From: Chloroflexota bacterium
GTDB taxonomy: Bacteria; Chloroflexota; Limnocylindria; Limnocylindrales; CSP1-4
Assembly: GCA_947475545.1 (NCBI GenBank)
Contig: CANJLL010000002.1
Coordinates: 144,950 to 208,949, forward strand
Direction: 5' to 3'
DNA length: 64,000 nt
The notes below the pieces were generated by a model that saw only the letters and a list, made by a program, of their open reading frames with translations, was not told the origin of the DNA and did not search any database. Within the stretch, counting starts at the first letter, position 1. The number at the start of each line of letters is the position of its first letter. The position numbers and the translations under genes are program-made. Below, in pieces: positions 28,066 through 37,714 of the stretch.

Positions 28066-28880
28066 TTGATGTCCTCCTGGAGCTGCCGGGCGAACGCAAT
28101 GAGGCGTTCGACAAGCCGGTTGTCCGAGCGGGTCAACGGCCGCCGGACGTGCAATTCGATGTCGGTGGTGATGGCGATGCGCTCCCACTGGGAGCGTTCG
28201 CCGAGGCTGGGGGGCTGTGGTGGGGTGATGGATTGGCTGGCCGTGGCGATGCGGGCCGACGAAGCCGACGGCGGGGGGGCCGATGGGACGGGGGCCGATC
28301 GGACGGGCAGGTCGCAGGCCGCGGGCGCCTCGGCACGCTGGCTGGATAGCGGGACCGGCGGTTCGCCGAGGTCCGTTGGGCCGATGGACCGCCTGGCGTG
28401 GATCAGCCGCGACGTCCTCGCCTGGGCCACCGGGGCCACCGGGACCTGCGGAGCGGATGCTCCCAGCGGGGCCGATGGGACCGGCGGAGCCGACGGCGCC
28501 GGAGGGGCTGATGGTGCCGGCAGCGTCCCGGACCGCGCCGAGATCACGCCCGAACCCGCCTGGCCCGTAAGCAGGGATCGGATGTAGTCCAGCGCCGAGG
28601 CCGGCTCGGCCGGCTGCTGGGGCGATGCCGGCGCCTCGGACAGGCTGGCGATGGAGTCCTCGTGGAGCGACGCCAGCCGGGTTCGGATCGCGGCAAGCGG
28701 CAGGTGGGCGTCACGGAGACGGGCAATCAGGCGGAGCCGCTGGAGCGTCTGCTCCGGGTAACGGCTGCTGGGCCCTTCGCGACCCGGCGACGGGATCAGC
28801 CCCTGGGCGATGTAGTAGCGGATGGTCCGCGCAGGCAGCCCGGTGAGCGCCTCGAGATCGGAGAGGGTGTAGTCGGCCAT
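28062..28880 (-). CDS. MerR-family HTH protein with a Pro-rich linker and short C-terminal domain
   Basis: YTLSDLEALTGLPARTIRYYIAQGLIPSP..LPLAAIR and C-terminal RSQWERIAITTDIELHVRRP. ATGA overlap with the vWA gene. Confidence 0.85.
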   Translation of the reverse strand: MADYTLSDLEALTGLPARTIRYYIAQGLIPSPGREGPSSRYPEQTLQRLRLIARLRDAHLPLAAIRTRLASLHEDSIASLSEAPASPQQPAEPASALDYIRSLLTGQAGSGVISARSGTLPAPSAPPAPSAPPVPSAPLGASAPQVPVAPVAQARTSRLIHARRSIGPTDLGEPPVPLSSQRAEAPAACDLPVRSAPVPSAPPPSASSARIATASQSITPPQPPSLGERSQWERIAITTDIELHVRRPLTRSDNRLVERLIAFARQLQEDIK

Positions 28881-29030
28881 GGCGTCATACTGCCACTTGC
28901 CATGGCTACTGTCAATACCATACCACGTCTCGTAGCTCTTCCATGCGGGCCGGGAGGCCGGCCACGAACCGAGCGCGGGCGCTACCCGGCTGCCCTGGCT
29001 GTCTTGTTGCGACCGGCGTGACAGGATATC

Positions 29031-29065
29031 TTGACAATGACTGGCGTCAGGGTCTCCTGACGCCA
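29031..29065 (+). promoter_or_regulatory. -35 box and perfect palindrome at the start of the HTH gene
   Basis: TTGACA at 29031 and TGGCGTCAGG-gtct-CCTGACGCCA (29042-29065) running into the ATG. Confidence 0.6.
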
Positions 29066-29466
29066 TGACCAGGCAGGACAAGCCTCGGGATGTCTACCCG
29101 CAGGCGCCCGCGCACCGCCGGCAGGGCCGGACGCTCCGCGAGGTGGCCATGCCATTGGTCGCGCCGCCGCAGCTCATGTCACTCGCGGCGATCGAGCGGG
29201 AGCTTCGCGCCATGGAGTCCCGGCGCGAGGAAGCGAACGCGGACGCGCGCGCCGCGGGCGACAGCTGGGACCAGGTCGCCGCAGTGCTCGGCATCTCGCG
29301 CCAGGCAGCGTGGGAGCGGTACCGAGAAGCGGTCCTTGGGCAGCTCACCGAATCGGATGCAGAAGACGAGGTGCTCGCCAATGCGCCGGAGTTCGACGAC
29401 CGGGAGCTTGCCGCCTGGGGTGACCATGCCGCGGGACGGAGCGTGCGTCTCGAGGACCTGGACTGA
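29065..29466 (+). CDS. HTH protein with an antitoxin-like acidic C-terminus
   Basis: ARAAGDSWDQVAAVLGISRQAAWERY HTH; ends DHAAGRSVRLEDLD. Confidence 0.65.
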   Translation: MTRQDKPRDVYPQAPAHRRQGRTLREVAMPLVAPPQLMSLAAIERELRAMESRREEANADARAAGDSWDQVAAVLGISRQAAWERYREAVLGQLTESDAEDEVLANAPEFDDRELAAWGDHAAGRSVRLEDLD

Positions 29467-29656
29467 GCGGCCCGTTCGCAGTTCAGCTTGGGACCACTGC
29501 TGCGCGTGAGTACGCCGGTCTGCCGCCGGACGTCGAGCGTGGCGTTCGTGCTGCCCTGACCCAGCTTGCCGTGGAAGCCGGCATACCGGGCCGATGGCCG
29601 GCTCCGGGCCCATCGCCCACAATGGTCGCCTGACGGCGGGTGCAGAGGACACCGAA

Positions 29657-30382
29657 TTGGGCGAGATGATCGAGATCGCGGGCGCCAAGGGCACCATGCC
29701 CGTCTACATCGCGCGTCCGGACGGTCCTGGCCCATGGCCCGGAGTCCTCGTCATCGCCGACGCGTTCGGCATGACCGCCGATGTCCGCGCCCAGGCGGAC
29801 TGGCTCGCGAGCGAGGGCTACCTTGCCGCCGCGCCGAACCTCTACTACTGGGGCGGGAAGATGCACTGCCTGGTCAGCACGTTCCGCCAGGCCGTCACCC
29901 GGAAGGGACCCGCGCTCGACGATCTCGAGGCCACCCGCGCCTGGCTGGCCGCCCAGCCGGGTGCCACCGGCAAGGTGGGTGTCATCGGGTTCTGCATGGG
30001 CGGCGGCTTCGCGCTCCTGCTCGCGGCGATAGGCGACTATGGGGCGGCCAGCGTGAACTACGGCCGCGTGCCGGGCGACGCGCTCAGGCTGCTGGAGGAT
30101 GCCTGCCCGGTGGTGGCCAGCTACGGGGGCCGCGACCGGTCGCTGGCCGGCGCGCCCGCGGCACTGCAGGCCGCCCTGGCCGCCAACGAGGTCCCGTTCG
30201 ACCTCAAGGTCTACCCGGACGCGGGCCACACGTTCATGAACCAACACGACGCTGCGGACGTGCCGCGCGTCATGACCCTGTTATCGCCGATCCTCGGCCA
30301 GGGCCACAAGCCGGAGGAGACGGCCGACGCCCGGCGCCGCATCACGGCGTTCTTTGGCACCCACCTGCAGCCGAAGGCCTGA
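29657..30382 (+). CDS. Dienelactone hydrolase family protein
   Basis: VIGFCMGG nucleophile elbow and YPDAGHTFMN. GAGGA RBS before the TTG at 29657. Confidence 0.92.
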   Translation: MGEMIEIAGAKGTMPVYIARPDGPGPWPGVLVIADAFGMTADVRAQADWLASEGYLAAAPNLYYWGGKMHCLVSTFRQAVTRKGPALDDLEATRAWLAAQPGATGKVGVIGFCMGGGFALLLAAIGDYGAASVNYGRVPGDALRLLEDACPVVASYGGRDRSLAGAPAALQAALAANEVPFDLKVYPDAGHTFMNQHDAADVPRVMTLLSPILGQGHKPEETADARRRITAFFGTHLQPKA

Positions 30383-31065
30383 CGGCGGGCACGACGCTGC
30401 CCCGCGTGGCTTCCCGGGACGCCGCCGCCGGGTGGCGCCGGTAGCTCGACGAGGGTGGCGGCCCTCGCGAGCACCAACCGTGCGAGGGACACCAGCTGGT
30501 CGGCGGGGTGCTCACCGGGCGTGAAGCCGATCGAGAAGCAGAGGCGACCCTTGCGCACGGCCAGCAGGGCGAACGCCTGGCCGTAGTCGTCGGTCAGCTG
30601 CAGGACGGCGTCGTCCACCTCGGGGAGGGCCTTGCGGCCGGCGCCTTCGTCGCGAGGCGCGTCCAGCGGGGTGACGAACAGCCGCGCGGCATCGGCCGCG
30701 TCCGTGCCATGGAGCACGCGAAGCTCGATGGCGTCAACGCTGCCGTTCGTCGGCGCGTAGCGGCAGGCGGCACTCGCGGCACCGGCAATGGGCTGGGGGA
30801 TCCCCGCGCCCGCGACGCCGGCAGCCGCGAAGTCGCCCGGGCCCAGGAGCCGGCACCCGTCGGACAGGACGGGGACGGGCACACCCGTGGCGAGGACCTG
30901 GCCAGGGGCGGGGACCTGGGTCGCGGCCGCCGACGCCGGTGCCGGCGTGGCCCGTGGACTGGCGGCCGCGCCGGCGCATGCCTCGAGCAGCAGGCCGGCG
31001 AGGATCATGCCCGCGAGAACGACCCCCGCGAGCCCCGCGCCTCGAGGCCGCGATCCGGCGCGCAC
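30211..31065 (-). CDS. Putative lipoprotein
   Basis: Signal peptide with lipobox LEAC and a Cys pair (GCRLL, ACRY). The 3' end overlaps the convergent hydrolase gene. Confidence 0.6.
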   Translation of the reverse strand: MRAGSRPRGAGLAGVVLAGMILAGLLLEACAGAAASPRATPAPASAAATQVPAPGQVLATGVPVPVLSDGCRLLGPGDFAAAGVAGAGIPQPIAGAASAACRYAPTNGSVDAIELRVLHGTDAADAARLFVTPLDAPRDEGAGRKALPEVDDAVLQLTDDYGQAFALLAVRKGRLCFSIGFTPGEHPADQLVSLARLVLARAATLVELPAPPGGGVPGSHAGQRRARRQAFGCRWVPKNAVMRRRASAVSSGLWPWPRIGDNRVMTRGTSAASCWFMNVWPASG

Positions 31066-31066
31066 C

Positions 31067-32128
31067 CTACTTGATCCGGACGCCGCGCATCACCACGGCC
31101 ACGGGGTTCGCCAGCACGTCCGGGTCCTCGCGAGGGTCGGCATCGAAGGTGACCACGTCGGCCAGCTCACCCGTGGCGAAGCCGGGGAGGCCCAGGTAGG
31201 TTCGAGCGTCCGTGCTGGCGGCGCGCAGGGCCTGGGTTGGCGTCAGGCCGTGGCGCACCAGGTGGCGGATCTCGTCAAGGAGGCTGCCGTCGTTGTCGGT
31301 GCCGGCCAGGATGGTGACGCCGGCCGCGGCGGCGCGGGGCAGCTGCTCACGCATGTTGGCGCGGATGTCCTCCCAGAACGCGCGCGTTGCGGCGGGGAGG
31401 TCGTCGGGGAAGGGCTTGTTGAAGCCACACAGCGTGGGGGTTCAGGCGGCGCCGCGGGCGGCCATGGCGGAAACCGTGAGGGCGTCCAGCATGCAGCCGT
31501 GCTCAATCGAATCGATGCCCGCCGCGACCACCTCCGTCACGCCGGCCCACTGGCTATGGGCGGCGACGCGGGCACCCGCGGCGTGGACGGCATCGACGAG
31601 GGCGCGCAGGACGGCCGGCTCCCAGTTGGGCGGCTCGTCGCGCTCCCAGTCCGCGGTGACCTTGACCCACTGCGCGCCGGCAGCGATCTCGGCGAGGGCG
31701 GCGGGGATGATGGTCTCCGGGGTCACGGGGTCGTGGTACGGGGCAAACATCCGGCCCTGGGGTGCCAGGAAGCGGCCGGCGGCGATGAGGCGCGGGCGAT
31801 CCTGGGCCGGTGTCAGCCGAAGGGTGACTGAACCGGGCGAGCCGGCGTCCCGAACCAGCAGGACGCCCGTGGGCGGGAGCGCGCGGAGGGTCTCCTCGGC
31901 CTCGGAACTCCCGAAGGGCCCGCCGCTCCGGATGGTCACGTGAATGTGGGAATCGACCAAGCCGGGCAGCGCGAAGCGGCCGGGCAGGGGCTCGGCGGGT
32001 GCGGCGCCGAGACCAGCCCCGCTGTCGGGCGGCTCGTCCGTGAGGCGACCGCCTGGGGTGATCCACAGGTCGCGGCGCTCGCCGTCGGGGAGCAGGGTGG
32101 CGGGAAGCCGCCAGGTCGTGTCGGTCAT
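31067..32128 (-). pseudogene. Amidohydrolase family gene with an in-frame TGA at 31442-31444
   Basis: PGLVDSHIH, WVKV, VAAHS and IDSIEHG, then GAA*TPTL..ILAGTD..ADVVTFDADP continues in the same frame. Confidence 0.8.
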
Positions 32129-32171
32129 GGTGGTGCGCATTCTGCCGGATGGCTCGCGGGACGCCGGGAAC

Positions 32172-33494
32172 CTATCCCCCGTTCACGAACCCCGTCGTGT
32201 CCACCGCCTCGAACGCCGACCCCGGGATCGCCTTCAGCGCGTTCAGCTGGTTGTCGTCGAAGCGCGGGTCGCTGGCGCCCTGGAAGAACCACGACGAGCC
32301 GTTGTCGGCCAGGAGCATCCCGAACGTCTGCATGGCCACCGCGATCACTCGCGCCTGTGCCGGCAGCGTCGCCACGTTGTACGACGCCTTCAGCCGGACC
32401 CGCAGCCCCATCGGCGGCAGCGCGGCGCTGGTCAGCGACGACGCGAAGTGGCGCGCGGGGTAGATGTACGCGCGCTGCGTGGTAGGGGCGGTGAATCGGA
32501 TCGCGTGGTTGATCGCGCCGGCGACCACCTCCGAGTAGCGGACCAGGCCGGGCAGGATCGGCAGCCCGGCGGCGTCGGCGGAGGTCCAGCCGTCGGGGCG
32601 GAGCGCGTTGGAGCGCAGGTCCCAGGTGGCGCCGCTGCCGGCAGCCCAGGCACCGTTGACCAGCCGGCTGTCCCAGGTCTCGTACAGGCGGCAGGTCGAG
32701 GAATCCACGATCAGGATGTGGTGGTCGGAGGGCACCTCCATCGCGGGGTTGTCGGGGATGGGGTACGGGCCGGGATCGGACTCGTCGGCATAGTCGAAGG
32801 CCACGGTCACGCCCGGGATCCCGCTCACCACGTTGTACGGGATGCCGTACCCGGCGAAGGACCCGAAGTCGGGATGGAGCCCCTTCGACGCGCCGATGCT
32901 GCCGATCAGCGTCGCCGAATCGGACCGAACGGCCAGACCGGAAACCGGCCGGTTCCAGACGTTGGTCGCGGGGAAGACTGGGCAGCCGGCAATCGTTGGG
33001 CCCGGGCCGCTGGGCGGCGGGACGGTGGGCGCGGGGGTTGGGACGGGAGTGGGCGCGCGCGTGGGCGTCGGCGCGGGGGTGGGCGCGGGCGGGGCCGTGG
33101 GCAGCGGCGGGTCGGTGACCACGGGCGGGGCCGTGGGGTCGAAGGTGGGCTCGCTACCCGGGCCCGGGATGAGCGAGGCCAGCGGGCTGGAGCCCGGGCC
33201 GGTGGCGCCGGGGCCAGCCGAACCGGCCGGACCCCCAGAGCCGCCGGGGTCGCCCGACCCGAAGCCCGATGGCGAAGCCGCCGAGCCGGAAGCCGAAGGC
33301 GAGCCCCCGCCGGATAGCGACGATCCCGGCCCCTGGCTGAACAACAGTGCGATGTCGCCCGGCGAGCTGCTCCCGTCCCCCGGCCCCACGCCCGGGAACG
33401 GGCCGCTCCCGGCGAAGGTCAGCGCCAGGATCGTCAGCACCGTGCCGGAGGCGGCAAACCGCTGGCGGGCGGCGAAGGTGGGCAAACCAGGCAT
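32172..33494 (-). CDS. Secreted protein with a Pro/Thr/Ser linker and conserved-looking C-terminal domain of unknown function
   Basis: N-terminal hydrophobic segment, a PT linker, then GCPVFPATNVWN..ADESDPGPYPIP..TSADAAGLPILPGL..FGMLLADNGS. Confidence 0.75.
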   Translation of the reverse strand: MPGLPTFAARQRFAASGTVLTILALTFAGSGPFPGVGPGDGSSSPGDIALLFSQGPGSSLSGGGSPSASGSAASPSGFGSGDPGGSGGPAGSAGPGATGPGSSPLASLIPGPGSEPTFDPTAPPVVTDPPLPTAPPAPTPAPTPTRAPTPVPTPAPTVPPPSGPGPTIAGCPVFPATNVWNRPVSGLAVRSDSATLIGSIGASKGLHPDFGSFAGYGIPYNVVSGIPGVTVAFDYADESDPGPYPIPDNPAMEVPSDHHILIVDSSTCRLYETWDSRLVNGAWAAGSGATWDLRSNALRPDGWTSADAAGLPILPGLVRYSEVVAGAINHAIRFTAPTTQRAYIYPARHFASSLTSAALPPMGLRVRLKASYNVATLPAQARVIAVAMQTFGMLLADNGSSWFFQGASDPRFDDNQLNALKAIPGSAFEAVDTTGFVNGG

Positions 33495-33856
33495 GCCGCC
33501 ACTGTGCCCTGCCAGCCAGCCCGACGCCCCCGGCCGAAGGTCCGACCCGACCCGCCTCGGAGGTCCCATCGGGCGGGCGCCGGCGCCACCAACGAGGCGG
33601 CACGGACCACGGCCAGTGCCTCAGGTGCCGGGAGGCGCCGGGCGCAGCGCAGATCCAGCCCACACCCGCGCCACAGGGTGGGGTTAGCCCCACCCCCAAG
33701 ACGCCCGCTGCCCGGCTGGGACGCGGCGCCTCCCGAGCCCAGCATTCGAACCACGAGATCCGGCCACGAATGGGCCGGGGCGGGACCGGCAGGGCGCCGG
33801 CCCGCACATGACAGGGGCCGATCCGCCAGGAGCGAGACCGGCAACGGAGGCAAGGG

Positions 33857-34843
33857 ATGGTCAATCGCAGGTTGCTGAACTGGGGAGTCTTCCTCCTCGC
33901 GGCGGGCGGCGTGATGCTGGCCGCCAACGCCGGGATCCTGGACCCCGGGCTGGCCGCCCAGGCCCTGGCCCTCTGGCCGATCCTCTTCATCGCGTGGGGG
34001 CTTCGGCTCCTCCTGCGCCGGACGGCGCTCGCTACTCCGAGCGGCGCGTTCGCCGCCGCCATGCCGGGCCTCCTGCTGGGCGGCCTGGTCGTCGCGGCCC
34101 CCAGCGCCACGCCGGCCTGCCGGCTCGCGGAGCCGCCGACCTACGCGCAGCACCAGGGGACGTTCCAGGGCTCCGCCAGCGCCGAGCTGAACCTGTCGTG
34201 CGGCGACATCACGATCGCCACGACGAGCGGCACAGACTGGAAGGTCGAGACCGGCCAGACCGGGGGCGCCACGCCCATCCTCGAATCGGACGGCCACCGG
34301 CTCCGGCTGGCGACCGTCAGCCAGCGCTTCGTGGCCACCTGGCCCGGCGCCAACCCCCGCTGGAGCGGCGACGCCTTCCGGGTCACGCTGCCCACGGCCA
34401 ACCCCATCGACCTCCAGGCGACCGTGAACGCGGGCCGCGCCCGCTTCGACCTCGCCAACGCCCGGCTGGGCCGGGTCAACCTGGACATCAACGCGAGCAG
34501 CCTCGACATGGACCTGTCGACGGCGACGCTGGACCGGCTGGTCATGGACGTCAACGCCTCCAGCGCGACGATCCGCCTGCCGAGGGCTGCCTCCTTCAGC
34601 GGCGACATCTCCATCAATGCGGCGAAGGTCTCGATCTGCGTTCCGCCCGAGCTTGGGCTGCGCGTTCGGTCCACCACGGTCCTGGGCTCGTCTCACCTGA
34701 ACGGGCTGATCAAGACCAACGGCGCCGGCACCAGCAGCGGCTGGGAAACCCCCAACTACGCGTCCGCTGCCTACAAGGCGGACGTGACCGTCGACACAAA
34801 CGTTGGTAGCGTGGACATCAATCCTGTGGGAGGCTGCAAGTGA
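33857..34843 (+). CDS. LiaF/LiaI-like membrane protein with a beta-rich C-terminal domain
   Basis: WGVFLL..LWPILFIAWGL TM block followed by repeated beta strands; RBS GGAGG. Confidence 0.65.
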   Translation: MVNRRLLNWGVFLLAAGGVMLAANAGILDPGLAAQALALWPILFIAWGLRLLLRRTALATPSGAFAAAMPGLLLGGLVVAAPSATPACRLAEPPTYAQHQGTFQGSASAELNLSCGDITIATTSGTDWKVETGQTGGATPILESDGHRLRLATVSQRFVATWPGANPRWSGDAFRVTLPTANPIDLQATVNAGRARFDLANARLGRVNLDINASSLDMDLSTATLDRLVMDVNASSATIRLPRAASFSGDISINAAKVSICVPPELGLRVRSTTVLGSSHLNGLIKTNGAGTSSGWETPNYASAAYKADVTVDTNVGSVDINPVGGCK

Positions 34844-35469
34844 ACGGCAAGCGACTGTACCGGTGCCGCGAGGACCGGCAGCTCGCCGGCGTGGCCGGCG
34901 GCATGGCGGAGTACCTGGAGATCGACCCGACGATCGTTCGGATCCTGTGGATCCTCTCGGTCTTCCTGGGCGGCTTCACGCTCCTCCTCTACGTGATCAT
35001 GGCCTTCGTGGTGCCGCTGGAGCCTCGGGGCTATGCGGGCCCGATGGGTCCGAACCCGGCCGGGACGAGCGCCTCGACCCCGGCCGAGGCGACGGGCACC
35101 GGCGACGGGACGATCAATGCGGCCGAGACCGATGCAACGACCGGCGGCGAGGCGGCCGGACCAGGCACGGGACCAGGCGCACATGGCACCACTGGCTGGA
35201 CGGGTCCGACCTACTTGACCCACGGCGGCAACGCGACCGGCTGGACCCCCGGCCCGGCGCACCGCGAGGCGCGCAGCGGCCGCGGCAGCGGCAGCGGCAG
35301 CGCGACAATGGTGTTCGGGATCCTGCTGGTGGTCTTCGGCGGCATCGCCCTGCTGGGCCCGCTCTTCCCCGGCTGGCTCGTCGGTGCCCACCTTGGCCCG
35401 GCGTTCCTGGTGGCCCTTGGCATCGCGCTCCTGGCCGTGGCGCTCCGCCGCCCCGCGGCGAAGGCCTGA
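34840..35469 (+). CDS. PspC domain protein
   Basis: RLYRCREDRQLAGVAGGMAEYLEIDPTIVRILW..YVIMAFVVP. Confidence 0.88.
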   Translation: MNGKRLYRCREDRQLAGVAGGMAEYLEIDPTIVRILWILSVFLGGFTLLLYVIMAFVVPLEPRGYAGPMGPNPAGTSASTPAEATGTGDGTINAAETDATTGGEAAGPGTGPGAHGTTGWTGPTYLTHGGNATGWTPGPAHREARSGRGSGSGSATMVFGILLVVFGGIALLGPLFPGWLVGAHLGPAFLVALGIALLAVALRRPAAKA

Positions 35470-35499
35470 CGGCGCACGCGTGATGAGGGCGGTGCTCCC

Positions 35500-36984
35500 G
35501 TGCTGATCTTCTCCGGCATCGCGATCGTCCTCGGCGTGCTCCTGACCCTGAGCGCCCTGCTGGGCGCCAGGGTCGGCCGCGCGTCGGCAAGAGCGGACGG
35601 CTGGCCGGGCGGCGTCCGCCGGTTCCTCCTCTCCCCCATCGACCCCGCCACGTGGGAGTCCGCGTGGGCGATCGGCCAGGGGTTCTTCGTCGGGACCATC
35701 GGGTTCAGCCTGGTCGTCTCGATCTTCTCCACCGGGGCGTCGTTGCTCGTGGTCGGCATCGGCGTGGTGCTGGTCGGGGTCGGCGTCGAGGTATCACGGG
35801 TCATCGCCGGCATCGAGCGGGGCCGGGTCTCCGTCACGGGGACAGCGCCGCTCCTCGCCCACGGCTACCGGCCGCGGGGCCAGGGCGCCCGCGACCTGGC
35901 GATGGCGGTCTTCCTGGACCTGAATCGCTGGCGTGACGTCGCCTACGTGTTGATCTCGTTCCCGCTCACGGTCATCGAGTTCGGGGTGACGATCACCCTC
36001 TGGGCGGCCACGCTGCTGCTGCTCTCGATGCCGGCCTGGATCGGCGACGTCGGCGGAGCGGCGGCGATCAGCGTGGGATCCGGGCCGGTGACCGGGCCAC
36101 TGGCCGACTGGGTCGTGATCCTCGCCTTTTCGGCGGGCGTCGTGCTCCTCTTCGTCGCCTCGTCGGTGACGCAGGCGCTCCTGGCGCTCCATCGCGCGGT
36201 GGTCGCGGGGCTGCTGTGCGAATCGGAGCAGCGGGCGTTGCATCGGCGGGTGGCCACGCTGGAGGGCAGCCGCCGGGCCGTGCTGGACGTGGAGGCGAGC
36301 GAGCTGCGCCGGATCGAGCGGGATCTCCACGACGGCGCCCAGCAGCGGCTGGTGATGCTGGCGATGAGCCTGGGCATGGCGGCCGAGAAGATCGACGACG
36401 ACCCGGCCCGCGCCAAGGCCATGGTCCTGGAGGCCCGCGAGCAGGCCCGCCAGGCGCTGGCGGAGCTGCGCGACCTGGCCCGCGGCATCGCGCCATCCAT
36501 CCTGATGGACCGTGGGCTGGTCCCGGCGCTGGAGTCCATCGCTGGCCGGACGCCCGTGCCCACCTCCGTGCTCAGCACTGTCCCGGTGGGGATCCGCCTG
36601 CCGGACGCCATCGAGCGGGCGGCCTACTTCGTGGTCGCAGAATCGCTGGCCAACGTGGCGAAGCACGCGGCGGGTGCGGCGGGTGCCGACGCAGCCCTCG
36701 CTCCCGGCCAGGCCGCCACGCGCTGCGAGGTCCGCTGCCGGCCCGATGGCCCCAACCTGGTCGTGGAGGTCTGGGATGACGGGGCGGGTGGCGCAACGCT
36801 GGTCCCGGGCGGGGGGCTGGCAGGCCTGCGAGACCGGGTGGAGGGCGTCGACGGGACGCTGACCGTGGAGAGCCCGGTGGGCGGCCCCACCCTCATCCGG
36901 GCGACGATCCCGGTGGCGGGCCGCGTCACCCACGCGGCCCCGACGCCGCCCCCGGCCCCCACCGGCGACGGCTGGGTTCGCTAG
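35500..36984 (+). CDS. Sensor histidine kinase (HisKA_3)
   Basis: ELRRIERDLHDGAQQRL, ESLANVAKHA, DDGAGGA and GGGLAGLRDRV. Confidence 0.93.
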   Translation: MLIFSGIAIVLGVLLTLSALLGARVGRASARADGWPGGVRRFLLSPIDPATWESAWAIGQGFFVGTIGFSLVVSIFSTGASLLVVGIGVVLVGVGVEVSRVIAGIERGRVSVTGTAPLLAHGYRPRGQGARDLAMAVFLDLNRWRDVAYVLISFPLTVIEFGVTITLWAATLLLLSMPAWIGDVGGAAAISVGSGPVTGPLADWVVILAFSAGVVLLFVASSVTQALLALHRAVVAGLLCESEQRALHRRVATLEGSRRAVLDVEASELRRIERDLHDGAQQRLVMLAMSLGMAAEKIDDDPARAKAMVLEAREQARQALAELRDLARGIAPSILMDRGLVPALESIAGRTPVPTSVLSTVPVGIRLPDAIERAAYFVVAESLANVAKHAAGAAGADAALAPGQAATRCEVRCRPDGPNLVVEVWDDGAGGATLVPGGGLAGLRDRVEGVDGTLTVESPVGGPTLIRATIPVAGRVTHAAPTPPPAPTGDGWVR

Positions 36985-37097
36985 GCGGGCACGTGCCACT
37001 CGGGCAGCCCGGGGCGGCGACAACGCATCCGGCCGCGCCGGATTCGGCCGCCCGGGCGCATCATGCGGTCAACGTCCGGCCTCTGGAGTTGAGGCCC

Positions 37098-37664
37098 ATG
37101 CGCAGCGACATCGTCCCCGGCGCCCAGTTCCCCGACTACACGCTCCCCGACCACACGGGTCGCCTGCATCGGCTGTCCACGCTCCAGGGCCGTGATCCCA
37201 TGATCCTGGTCCTGTCGCGCGGCCACCACTGTCCAAAGGATCGGATCCAGCACCGAAACCTGGTCGGGCTCTGGCCGGAGATCCGTCTGGCCTACACGAA
37301 GATCGTGACCATCACCACGGATGCGCAGCGCGAGGCCAGCGAGATGCGCGACGGGGTCAGCGCCGAGTGGCCGTTCCTGTGTGACCCGGGGCGAACGGTC
37401 CAGCAGGACCTGGACGTCGGCGAGTACACGGACCCGGACCACAACCCCATGGTGCCGCACGCGCTGGTGCTGGCCCCCGGCCTGGAGATCCACTCCATCT
37501 ACAACGGCTACTGGTTCTGGGGCCGGCCCACCTACGAGGACCTGCGCCGGGACCTGCGCGCGGTCACGCGGCGCGTCCGGCCGGACTGGGACCTGGGCGC
37601 GCCCGGGCTGCGCGAGCGCTGGGACTCGGGCGATCGGACCGGTTTCTGGCCCTACCGGGGCTGA
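37098..37664 (+). CDS. Peroxiredoxin-like/redoxin family protein
   Basis: GAQFPDYTLPD, RGHHCPKD, WPFLCDP and YNGYWFWGRP. Confidence 0.8.
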   Translation: MRSDIVPGAQFPDYTLPDHTGRLHRLSTLQGRDPMILVLSRGHHCPKDRIQHRNLVGLWPEIRLAYTKIVTITTDAQREASEMRDGVSAEWPFLCDPGRTVQQDLDVGEYTDPDHNPMVPHALVLAPGLEIHSIYNGYWFWGRPTYEDLRRDLRAVTRRVRPDWDLGAPGLRERWDSGDRTGFWPYRG

Positions 37665-37714
37665 CGGCGGGCGTCGTCAGCCCCGAATCGCGGCGACGGG
37701 CGCAACCGTCGCCG

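Noticed and set aside
8049..29466. Prophage, ICE or IS element
   Set aside because: No structural, integrase, relaxase or transposase genes, and no att or terminal repeats, were identified.
23410..31444. Alternative genetic code or Sec/Pyl recoding to explain the two in-frame stops
   Set aside because: The two stops differ (TAG and TGA), appear to replace Tyr and Trp rather than catalytic residues, and both codons end genes normally throughout the window.
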